From Vicugna vicugna (taxonomy: Eukaryota), in assembly GCA_013265495.1 (NCBI GenBank), contig MU057560.1, positions 2,974,909 through 3,038,908 on the forward strand: a stretch of DNA of 64,000 bases, read 5' to 3'. Below the pieces are notes generated by a model, which worked only from the letters and a program-made list of their open reading frames with translations, was not told where the DNA came from and searched no databases. The position numbers and the translations under genes were made by a program. Below, in pieces: positions 1-10,618 of the stretch. Each line of letters starts with the position of its first letter. The first letter of the stretch is position 1.

Positions 1-1199
1 ATTTGCTATATAATCAAGCTGAAATGATACATCCTATACAAACCATTTAAAATTGCTCTTTGAATAAGTTTACTCTTTAACTGCTAGGTTATTTATGTTT
101 CTTCATAAAGTAAAGGATATAAAGTACACGGCATATTTGGTGCATGTGAACAAAAGGAAAAAATGATTTTCCTTACAATTTTAAATACTGCAGTTTTACT
201 GGTATTTTGAATGTATGTACACACGTTTACATGTACTGCGTACCAATGTATAAACACACGTGTGTGTGAATACGTGTATTTTGTGCTGTCTATGTTGTTG
301 GGCCAGGATTCAAAGCCACATGCCCGTCCCTTCCTAAAACACGTTGAAGCGTCTTTGAGTCTCCCGCAGACATCGCGCCTCGGTAACTTTGGCCTCCCCT
401 AGTTGTTGGGGGTCTGGCCCGTTTTCTTCTCGTTCTGGGCGCCTCGGGGTGATTCTCAGAAATGACGCTCCCGCAAGCTCACGGGAACGCTGCTGTCCAC
501 TTGCGGCCCCGAGCTGCAGGAGGGGCTGCTCCTGTGGTAGAGATGAGTGTCTGGCCAGCAAGGACTAGACTAACTGGCCTTTAAGTGTAAATTTGAGGTT
601 TTATTCCAGTAAACACCTCGCTAATCTATAGTTCCCTGGAGCAAAGTGAGTGAAGTTGGAGGTAAGGTGGCCGTCCTCTTCGGGAAATGATTGGCAAGGA
701 CTTTCGAGGGCATTTTTGCCCTGGCCATTCTCTCTGAGTGTCTTTCTTGATTGGAAAGGCTGCCTCTGAAGGCGAGGAAGGGGTGCGTGGGGGCCGGGGA
801 GGCCAGCGAGCAGGGAGCTGGTGAGGAGCCGTCTCGCCTGTCGGGTATTTGACCCACCTGTACGTGGAACCTGATCCGGGCTCTCCCCAAGCAACACGTC
901 AGGGAACAGCACATCCCACCTACTCTGTTCCTTTTCTGCGTTTTTACAGGAGGAGACAAGCCCCAGGCATCAGCCAGCTCTAGCTAGTTGTCTACACATT
1001 TACGTCTCCGGCGGTGCGGGTGCTTAAGAGAGGGAGGCCCCTGGCTCCCTTCAAAGGGAGCTCCAGAGAGTCTTGGCAGTACAGGGCGACAAGCAGTCCC
1101 ACCCTCACCTGACATTTTAAACAAAGCAGAAAGCAGTAGCTGCCAGTGCATTCTGAAAATCACAGTGCAGATGTGATTTGACTCTGTGACACGCTTCTG

Positions 1200-1363
1200 C
1201 AGGACGGTCCAGCAGGACTTTCCAGGACAATGGAGTGTTCTGGACCTGTGCTGTGAGCAAGGCCACGGGGCTGAGGAACTGCATTTTCAATTGCATTTAG
1301 CTGTATTAATTCTCATGTAAATAGCCACACGTGTCTAGTGGCTCTCAGCATTGGACCACTCAC
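1200..1363 (+). mobile_element. MER3-like hAT-Charlie DNA transposon (MITE), internally deleted
   Basis: Ends resemble MER3 termini (caggacggtccagcaggactttcc ... gtggctctcagcattggaccactcac). The interior ctgaggaactgcattttcaattgcatttag...aaatagccacacgtgtctagtggct matches the recalled MER3 core and is followed by ctagaa. Family assignment from memory. Confidence 0.7.
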
Positions 1364-4300
1364 CTAGAACCTCAGACTTCGTATATATACACTTACTGCA
1401 TTTTAATAAACATTCAGGAATATTTCATTCCTACAACTGAAAAGTCTGATTTGTTTAGCATCTGTGTCCTCCACATTTCTGTTCTATTATTAAGCCATTG
1501 ACAAATAGGTAATCCTTTTATTTTTGCACAGTGTCCTCTGTTTAAATCTAATGCTGTTTGTAGACAGATTAAAGCTAAGTATTATGTAAGTTTCATGATG
1601 TGACCGTTTTCAGAACAGAATATTTGCATACTGCACCGAAACCTCACTGTTTTGGGCCATTCAGGCAGCGTTTAATACAAGGTGGTGGGAAGCTTCAGTT
1701 ACCTTACTTTCAGAATATATTCGACTTTCTTATTTCCAAATTTGTAGAGAAAATCAATTTAGGGGAGCAGGCTATCAAAGAGGGAGCCTCAGACCGCCTT
1801 CTCAGACACTGAGTAAGCCTGGCTGATAGTCAGCAGGCGCGCTGTCAACACGGGGGCGGCAGCGTGGCCAGCAGCCTGCTCACTGTGGGCGTCCTGGCCG
1901 TCCTGGCTCCAGCTGCCTGCGCTCATTAGCCACAGCTCCAGGAGGCGTGCCGCGTGGACGTGACCTTCAGCCTTCCCTTGGCCCAGTTACTGGCAGCGTC
2001 TGGGTTCCGAAGATGCCACCGTGAGGCATGCCTCACAGCCCGGGGTTCAGATCGGTGCCTTGTGTTAGCTGGTTTCCAATCCCAGGGCCAGGAGCAGCCC
2101 GGCCTGCTTCCAGGCTCACGGACACGTGGCCTCGCCCCTTCCGAGTGTCCCCCTCCCTGCTCTGCGCCCCCCGCTCGGACGGGCGCGTGGCGGTTTCTCA
2201 TTCGCTCGCGTTACACTCCTGTGGTCAGGCAGCGACAGTCCTTGTGACACACTTTCATTCTGTCACCAGGGAGCAAGCCTGCTGGAAGGTGCGCTCGCCC
2301 ACCCCAGCATGTGGCGGGGGGGCTCTTGTCTAAGAGGGAAGCAGTGTGCCCTCAACAAGACCAGGGAAGTTTTCATTGACTAATAGCAGCTCAGAAAGTT
2401 GAGAAAGCAGGGAGACAACACGGTGCGCAGCCGCGTCTGAGACGCGTGTTAACTTTCATTTTCTCCGCGTCTGCCTGGGGTCTTGCCGCCTGGTTTTGTG
2501 TGTAACGTGTAGGTTATGGAGTCTTATCTTCAGCAGCTGCGTAATGGCTCTGGGGGGGTGGGGAATGTTTCTGTAGTTCCCGCCTTGACTGAGAGCAACA
2601 AGGCACCGCAGAGCCCAGCACCAGGGCTGCGCGGCCCACCAGGCCCCCCCCGCCGCCGTGGGCAGACTCGGGCGGCTCCGCACGGGTGGGATCGCGGGGC
2701 GTCACAGACGGGACCGCGCTCTGAGAGGGTGATGATGCGATCGGCACGCGCGTGGTTTCCTTTAGAGACCTAACAGCTCAAGTATCGAACTGTGCAAAGA
2801 AGTGGAGGCCCAGAGCGCGTGCTGCTCACTGAGGTCAGCAGGCGACCCCCCACGGCTCTGGGCTCCCGCATGCCGTGGGCAGACCTGGTCCCTGGCCTCC
2901 GCCACTCCCTGACCCCTGGGAAACTGCCCGCTTACGGGGACACCAAGGAGGTCAGAGCAGGGGCAGCCGGGGAGCGCCCGGGGCGTGGCAGTGTCCGGGC
3001 TGCAGGGACTGTGGGTTCTGTTCCTAGTGACCGGCCAGGCGAGGCCAGGAGCGGAGCTGGGCGTGAGCAGAGGTCAGGCTCTGGGTGTCCTGTCGGCGGG
3101 ACTAACAGGGCCTCCAGAGGAGTGTGAGGGGGCCGGCATGAGCACCACCCGAGGTGCCCCCGCCGCTCGCGTCCCAAAAAGAGGCAGAGCCTGTGGGGGG
3201 TCGGAGGCCTGCCCAGGGGCCGTCGAGGCCTGAACGCACGAGGAGCCCAGGTCAGGGTCCTGGGTGCGGGGGTGGGGCTCAGGGGAGATGGGTTCTTCAG
3301 CAGACAGGTGGCGATTAACGCTGCTGGACCAGAAGAATGAATCACCAGGAGTGAGTGCGGACGGGGAGGACCGGGCCGACCCTGCTCGGCGGCTGGGTCT
3401 CCTCCATCTTAACTGAGCGCAGGAGCCCAGGGTCACCTCATCACTTCCTGGAAATGGAGACAGACGGGGCAGAACTCTGCAGTCCTGCCGCAAGCACCTT
3501 CCCTCCGCATTCTGGCTGTCCCTCCACGCAGCCCCTCTGAGCAGCCCGCCCCTTCCAGCCCGCAGAAAAGCGGCAGCCGAAAGCTGTCCCCCTGGCTGAC
3601 GTGGCGGCCAGTCCACAGGCCTCACGGGGTGACGGGGCAGACGGACGTTCCCAACATGGAAAGGGTACACCTGGCCCATGACGGTGGCGTGACCACAGGG
3701 GATTATCTGCACGGGGCGTGATGGTGCATTTTTTCTTTAAGACCTTGTCCGAGCAACGGGACCCCATCCAGGGAGGGCTTCACACGCCCCCCCTTCTCCC
3801 AACGCTCCCTCCTTCTCCCAGGCTCCCGGACAAGTCAGGCCAAGGCCACGCCATGGGAGACGGTGGAGAAACCCTGACAATGAGGCTCTCGGTGGAGACG
3901 GTCCCAGCAGCGGCCTGGGTGTCACTCAGTGTCGCCGCCATCCTTGCTGGGGGGCCACACCCACACTGAAGGCGGGGTCCCTCCAGCACCGCTCCGGCCG
4001 GGGAGGATGGTGAGGCTGACCTGCTCTCATGGAGACGTGCCTCGGTTTCACCTTGAACGTAGACTTGCAGACCATTTCGTCTTGAGGCTTAAAGATGGCT
4101 TTCGAGATCCTAAAATGCGTATTTCTTAATTCTTCAAATAACTGTCTCTGGCGTATGCCTATTTCACCGCACAGGAACTTCGTGGGGCCCTACCCTCTCG
4201 CGCTTTGCAAAGCAGGCCCCGGGTGCTTGAGGGGACCTCCTTGACCCTTCTCTCTGTCCAAATCCAGCCTGTCTCTGGAAGCCCAGCCAGGGAGCCAGGC

Positions 4301-5231
4301 CAGCCCCTCGCCGCCTTCCGGACCCCGTCAGCTGGGCTTCGTCTCACAGCCGCCGTTCTGGCACCCTGGCTTCTGTGCACAGCGACCTGTTTGGTCTCAG
4401 GCTGTGCGGTCAGCTGCACATCCACGTGGCTGGCAGCCCTCGGCACTGAGTAAACAGTGAAGGAAAGGATCAGAAGAAGCGCTTGCACAGCACAGCCTTG
4501 TAAGGCGCCTGTGATTCTGCAGGGGGACAACCCAGGGAGAGCAGAGGGGTCAGGGGGCTGGCTGGCCAGGCGGCCTCGGGCAACTGCAGCCACATCTCTG
4601 AGCCCGGCTCTGCTCTGTGAAAGGCAGGGATTAGGCCAGACTGTCCGGGAGGTTTCAGGAAACTGGAAGGCGCTGTTGCTTCAGGTGGAAAGCGGGCCAT
4701 GCTGGTCGGCGAGGTCTGTGTGCACGGGGAGCCGCCTGTGAGCGACATCGGTCTGGAGGCAGCATCACGGGGACATGAAGACGTGTGACTCGGGCACGCG
4801 TGGCTCCAACCCTGCTCTCCTGCCATGTCCCCCGCACCCAGACTGTGACTTCTGTGCGGACAGCACAAGAAAGACACAGGTTCTTGGCCGCTGGATGAAA
4901 GCTGGTGTGGACAGGACCGCGGGCCACCTGGGCTTTGAGCCCTGATGCCGACTCACAAGCAGCCTCACGGGAGGGGCATCGAGGTCCAGAGCCGGGGCCA
5001 ATCCGGTGCGGCCTGGAAGTCAGCAGAGTTCGAAGACATCAACCAGTACGAGCACAGTTAGGAAAAGGTGGAAAAAAAGCACTTTTCCTCTTGCCATCTG
5101 TCACCCACTTAGTGTGCGCCTGGGGCAGGGCCCCTTGGCAGCTGGCGGCCCTAGGCTTACTGAAAGGAAGAACCTGGGGAGGCCCAGGTATGTCCACCCC
5201 TCGTTTAAAATTCACGTAAGAAAATGAAAAT

Positions 5232-5311
5232 GAGAAAGAAAGAAAGAAAGAGAGAGAGGGGGAGGGAGGGAGGAAGGAAGGAAAGAAGGAAAGAAAAGAA
5301 AAGAAAAGAAA
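5232..5311 (+). repeat. 80-nt uninterrupted homopurine compound microsatellite (AAAG/AG/GGGA/GGAA/AAAAG)
   Basis: Direct reading: only A and G from 5232 to 5311. Confidence 0.95.
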
Positions 5312-5556
5312 CAGAACAGGAAAAAAGTCACGAAGACCTGGGCTGTTAGTGGAAGGAGACGAGAGGCGTGGGGAACCGGGGGCACCTCCCGGGATCCGGC
5401 GGCAGGCCTGCGCCTCCTCTGTCTCCACCTCCTCCCTCCTGACTTGACAGCCTGCCCGTTGCTGCTCTCTTCCTGTGGACCCCCGTCCACTCCGACAGCC
5501 TCTGCCAGCACTGGCCACCCCCCTCCAGCACCTGTGATGTTTCTTAGATTGAGAGG

Positions 5557-5775
5557 TTTTATTTATTGAAGCAGAGTCGGTTCACAAAGCTGTGCTAGCG
5601 TCCGGAGCACAGCACAGCGGCTCAGTCACACGCGCACGTGTCCTCCTCCGCGTTCTTTTCCACTACAGGCCGTTACAGGTGTTGCTGCGGCTCCCGGGGC
5701 GGCACAGCAGGGCCTGGTCGTCTCTCTGTCTCGCCGAGCGTGCTAAGCGCGCACACCAGCACCTGCTGTTTCTGG
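5557..5775 (-). mobile_element. LINE-1 3' end fragment of cetartiodactyl type (L1_Art-like), strongly GC-shifted
   Basis: ttttatttattgaagcagagtcggttcacaaagctgtgctagcgtccggagcacagcacagcggctcagtcacac...ttcttttccactacaggccgttacagg...ctcccggggcggcacagcagggcc aligns colinearly with the recalled antisense artiodactyl L1 3' UTR (ttgaagtatagttgatttacaatgttgtgttagtttctggtgtacagcaaagtgattcagttatac...ttcttttccattat...ttccctgtgctatacagtagg). Confidence 0.7.
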
Positions 5776-7599
5776 CCTCCTGAGATTCTCGGCTAGTTCA
5801 CCGTCAGGCCAAATGCTGTGGGTGTGCGCCGCCTCCAGATGCATTCCCTCCCAAGGAGGTTGGCGTCTATTTGCTGGACTTTCCGCTTTTGTTTGTTGTA
5901 AACTAAATGTGTGGTGTTTTCCGTTCAGCTCCCTGACTTAGCTGGGCCCCCACGCATGGGTTCAGGGCTTCCTCGGAACCCGCTGGAGGGGGTCGGGGGC
6001 AGGGCTGGGGGCAGGTTTGTTCACTGCTGTTTGCACAGCGCCCAGGACAGTGCTAGCTCACACTGGGCCCTGGACGCACCCTTAGAGAATGTAATTGAAC
6101 TTTCAGGCATTCTGATTAGTTCTGGCCTTTCCCAGGGAAGCCCTGTTTCGGCTCAGTCACGCCTTCCTGCCGGAACAGCCCTGCAGAGACGTGGTCGTGC
6201 TTCTCTCTGTACGTCTTGGGGTCTTTGCTTTCTCTCTAAGGAATTTCTGCTCTTTTTCCATTTCATGTCATGATGAGATTTTTCACCCTTGAAAATGCCT
6301 GTCTCTGGCTCTTATTTCCTCAGGGACATGAAGTGAAGCTGGTTTTTAGGTTAAGTAGAAATTATTTAAAATTTTGTTTACTGTTTCCTAGTGAGTATTT
6401 GAGATCTGTCTACCACTTGCTTTCCTTGGAAAATTCTTTTAAAAATCTTGTCAGGATATTTCAACTGCATGAATAAGGACCCCCACCCCCCAAAGGCTTT
6501 TACAGATCTGCGGGTTTTCAGAGACAGAAGACAGACAGTAGTGTTGGGAGGTGACCTCTCCCCACCTCTCGGCGGTCCGGATGAGCTCTGTACCCACTCC
6601 TCCAGGGTCAGCAGCGGAACAGCGAGGACCCCCATGCAGACTGCCTGGCTGCACACCCTGGCCCTGCCGCCTACAGCTGGGCAACCTTTTGAAGGTGTGC
6701 GACATCTCTGATCCCCTCCCTGAAGCAGGCCATGCCACGCCCACTTGGCAGTGCACTGTAAGGATGAAAGGGACTCGTGTGTGTAATGTGCTCAGAACGG
6801 CACTGACTCCCTGAGTCAGCAAGACGGGCTTCCCAACGAGGGACTGAGGTCCGAGACCAGACAGACAGAACGGCCCGAGATGGCCCGGCGCGTCGGGCCC
6901 AGGGGCTTCGGCAGATGGAAGGCTGGCTGGGTCAGGGGCGGGCGGAGGTCGGGGACAAAGACAAAGATAATCAACACCCAAAGTCTGACCCAGTTCCAAC
7001 AACAAATGAAACGAAGCTTCTTATGCGTGAAAGTCCAACAGCCAAGATCAAAATATTTCAGTGATGAAAGGATTCCACTCTCCTAATATGTCTTTTTCTC
7101 TCTCTTGTCTAACACAGTATTATTTTAAAATGCTCGTCTCAGACTTGCAAATCAGGTTTAAAATCATGAAATAAAGATGTCCGCCAGCCCATCAAGCTCG
7201 CGTCAGACCTAACTCCCTCTTACTGACTTCACTCTCCTCTCCCCGCTCTCTGGATTCTAAAGCCTCTTCCCAGCTGGCATATTTTGATCATCTTTTTCTC
7301 TGTCATTTCTTCATTTTTCAATCTGCCTGGAATACGTGCGCCAGTTCTCTTGCCTGTTCTGGATGACACGTGATTTAAGATGAGAACGTGGTGGAACAGG
7401 CATCTCATTCCCTGTGCTTTGTGGTGGGTGAGAACGTGCTGGAGGTGTTGAGGAACCCCGCGTCTTCTTCCTGCCCCTAGAGCTCGGAGCCAGACCAGGC
7501 CCTCGGCAGGCCCCGCGGTCTCTTCCGCAGGCGATCACGTGACAGCTGTCCAGTTCCGTGCTCCTGGCTGCCTGCCACGCGAGGCTGTGCGGCATCTCC

Positions 7600-7895
7600 G
7601 GGCTGGTTTTCCCTCACGGTGCGTCGTGGGTGGGGCTGCATGTTCTCCACAAATCCTGCATCTCGTGCAAAACCCGCTCTGATTCTTCCTGATCTTCTGT
7701 CTGGGACATGGCCTTCACCTCAGCTCCAGGGAGCCTCTGCTGTCGACTTCCCGGTATCGGTGACGACTGTCCTGGCTAAAATCGAAGTCCTCTCTGACTT
7801 CGTGGCAGCACTTGTGCTCTCCGGCCCAGCTCTCTGCGGTCATTCCCTCCACGGTCAACCCTCTCAGCCCTCTTGGTCTCTGGCACTGAGATGCT
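7600..7895 (+). mobile_element. L2 LINE fragment (degenerate ORF2/RT region)
   Basis: gacgactgtcctggctaaaatcg...ctctgacttcgtggcagcacttg...cattccctcc...ctcttggtctctggcactgag resembles recalled L2 (aatgacctccatgttgctaaatcc...ttgacctctcagcagcatttgacac...cactccctcc...cttggcttcc). Confidence 0.5.
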
Positions 7896-9711
7896 GACGG
7901 CAGACCCCACGGAACGGGGCTGCCTTAGGGTGCGAGGCCGGCGGGGCGGCTGGACCGGGGAAGGGGGAGGAGGAGGGCCACAGGGTCTGGAGTCACAGAA
8001 CGTCAGTTCAGACCCTTCACCCTTTCTAGCTGCATGGCCTTTAGTGAGTCCATTAAACTCCTCAAATTCAGTTTTCTTAACTAGAAGAAGTGACAGTAAC
8101 ATCCCCCACCCCCAGGACTTTTGCTGTGTCTGGGTGCCGGGGCGGGGCTGGTGCGGCCAAGCTCAGCAGAGGAGGTGTGGCCCTCCCTCCACGAACTGGG
8201 ACCCGAGGGGCCGGGGCGCTGAGGGCGTCCCTGGAACCGCAAAGCGATGTAGCCGGCAGACAGGATTCAGAGGGCCTCCCGTTGGCTCGGCCAGCGCCCC
8301 CCACAGCTCTCAGCAGACTCTCCATCTGGGCATGTGGAGATTTCCAACTCGCTCTAAGGGGGTCGGCCTTCAGGTTTAAGGAAGTTGCCTGAGAAGAGTT
8401 GACGATTCCATTGAGATTCTACGTCACGTGGTTTTCAGTTCATCAGAAGAATGACTTTTGGGTGCGGCTTAGTTACACACTTCTGGAGGCACGTCAACTG
8501 ATTCCAGAAGCCAAGGAGGGCTGCGGAGTTAATAACGGACCACCTTAGACTCAGTAACTCCCCGTCTGGAGGCTCCATCTGACATCCACTTCCTGCCCTT
8601 TCCTCGTCCTTCTGTGCGGACTTTGTGATGCGAGCAAAATGCCGAAGGCGTCCCTTTCTCCAACAAAGAGCTGTTGCAGGGGCAAGGGCCGGGGGGGAGG
8701 GGGCAGTGAGGCTGGTGGAGAGGGGACGGCCATCCCCACCTGGGCCGTTGGCTGGAGGGAACAGGCCTCCACACACACAAACTACTCCACCAACAGAAAT
8801 CAGCTCCATCCCACGCCACTCCAAAACCTGAGCATCGCCCTTCAGTGGAAGTGTCAAAGCTGCTCTTCCAGGCAGGGTCCAGCCCCATCGTCCACACCCA
8901 GAGGGGCAAATGTGCACTAACGTTCCCAGTGTGCCGTAGGCGCCGGTAAATTGCACAATCGCAACATATAAATCACATAAAAATCGCACAAACTGCCCCT
9001 CCCAGAGTCTCGCCAGAGCAGGGAGATTCAGAGGTGACTGTGGACTGGTCCCAGCCCAGTCTGCCCGGCGTCTGAGTCCTGGACATTCATTTCCTTCTGC
9101 AAAGTGGGCTCATCTGGTCCGAAGGCAGCTGAAGAGACGCAGGCCACAGAGGTGAGGTTCGGGGACACTGCTGCCCAGCAGCCCTCCGCCCCCCGGAGCA
9201 GGACACTGTGCTACTGCGGAGGCTCGGGGAGGGCCCCGACCTCTCCGGGGCCCTCGTGCAACAGGGAGAGTAGAGCTGAGGGTGTCCAGAAAGACCGGTC
9301 CCAGGGAAGAAGCGGCTAGGAGGGGCGACAGAGCGTGACTGCCTGGCGTTCTCAGCACCGCTCAGCAAGGTAGGCCGTCTTCCCTGGATGGGACGCGACG
9401 TCAGTGAGCAGCCTCTGTGAGGAAGGTCTTATTATTGGGGTGCAGTACTTCCAGCAGCCTCTGGGAGAGCGGGCACCCCAGGCAGGTGGAGAGGAGCGGC
9501 CGCCGTGCACGACCCCGGAGCCCAGAGGCGTGAGGCCGGCGCAAAGCCCCTGACGGCAGCACAACAAGCAAAGATGACGTTCACGTATTTTTAACGTCCT
9601 TTAAGTGTAGACAGCTTTTAGGGCGATAGCCTTTTCCCGCTGTAAGTGTGAAAGTGCCCGGAGTGGCACGCGGCAGACCCACGCCCCAGGCTCACGCGAG
9701 TTAGCCACACC

Positions 9712-9790
9712 CCGGCTACTTGTGAGCGGCCTCGGCTTGTCACTTGGCTTTTTCTGAGCCTCTACCCGTTTACCTCTGGAACTAGGTAGG
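9712..9790 (+). mobile_element. MIR SINE core remnant (weak)
   Basis: ggctacttgtgagcggcctcggcttgtcacttggctttttctgagcctc resembles the MIR core ccacttactagctgtgtgaccttgggcaagtcacttaacctctctgagcctc. Confidence 0.35.
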
Positions 9791-10331
9791 AGGTCACCAT
9801 GGTGAACGTCTAGGGATGGCTAATGGAGGAGGGAACATTCCCGCCCAGGGAAACGCGGGTCCCCTCTGTGGAACACAGGCCGGAGGCCGGGGCCCCACGG
9901 TCCTCCCCTCTGCAGAGCAGAGGGCCTCCCCCATCCCTGCGCAGTCTCTCCATGGCGGGCGGTCCTTGTGCCCCGCCTGTGCTCGCACGGGGAGGAAGGC
10001 TCCCAGCAGCACGGGCTTCTGGTCGACATCCTGGGACACAGATGTGCTGGCTGGGCTGTGAGTCATGGTGACTCGGCTCTCCCGGTGGCCCTGCGGCTCT
10101 CCGGGGTCTTGGGGCCATGCTGGGTGAAGATCTGCAGGCCGTCCAGGCAAGAGACTGATCGCACTGAGCCTCGCCCTCCCTGCTCAAAAGCCTTCCCTGC
10201 CTCCCCGGGAACCCTGACCACCCTCGCGTCAGGCAGACACCCACTCAGCTCCCCGCGACTCAGAGCCAGGCTTTCACAGTCTTCTGGGCGTCGCAGAACC
10301 AGCAGCACCACAGGGATGACTGAGGGAGGCG

Positions 10332-10345
10332 GTTGCCGTAGCAAC
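10332..10345. promoter_or_regulatory. RFX X-box motif GTTGCCGTAGCAAC
   Basis: Fits the X-box consensus GTNRCC-N0-3-RGYAAC and differs at 2 positions from the palindrome GTTGCCATGGCAAC. Motif only; function untested. Confidence 0.45.
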
Positions 10346-10575
10346 TCACTCCAGTCCTGCAGTGCCTCTCAGTGGCAGGCGGCCCTGCAGTGCTGCGGGG
10401 AGCCGGAGCCGGGCAGAATGTCCTCCCCGCCCTGCAGGACCCCAAGGGGCCTTCCTTCCAGCCTGGTGACCCTGCCCTGCGCCTGCCAAGACTTCCCGCA
10501 CGACTGCTGGTGAAACGTGAACGCTAAAGCTCCCTACACCCCTCTCGTCCTCTGACAGTTCCCAGTCGGCAAGGG

Positions 10576-10618
10576 CCCCTCCTTTCTCTCTCTCTCTCTC
10601 TCCTTCCTTCCTTTTTCC
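10576..10618 (+). repeat. 43-nt pure pyrimidine tract ((CT)n/(CCTT)n) ending in CCAG
   Basis: Direct reading. Confidence 0.9.
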
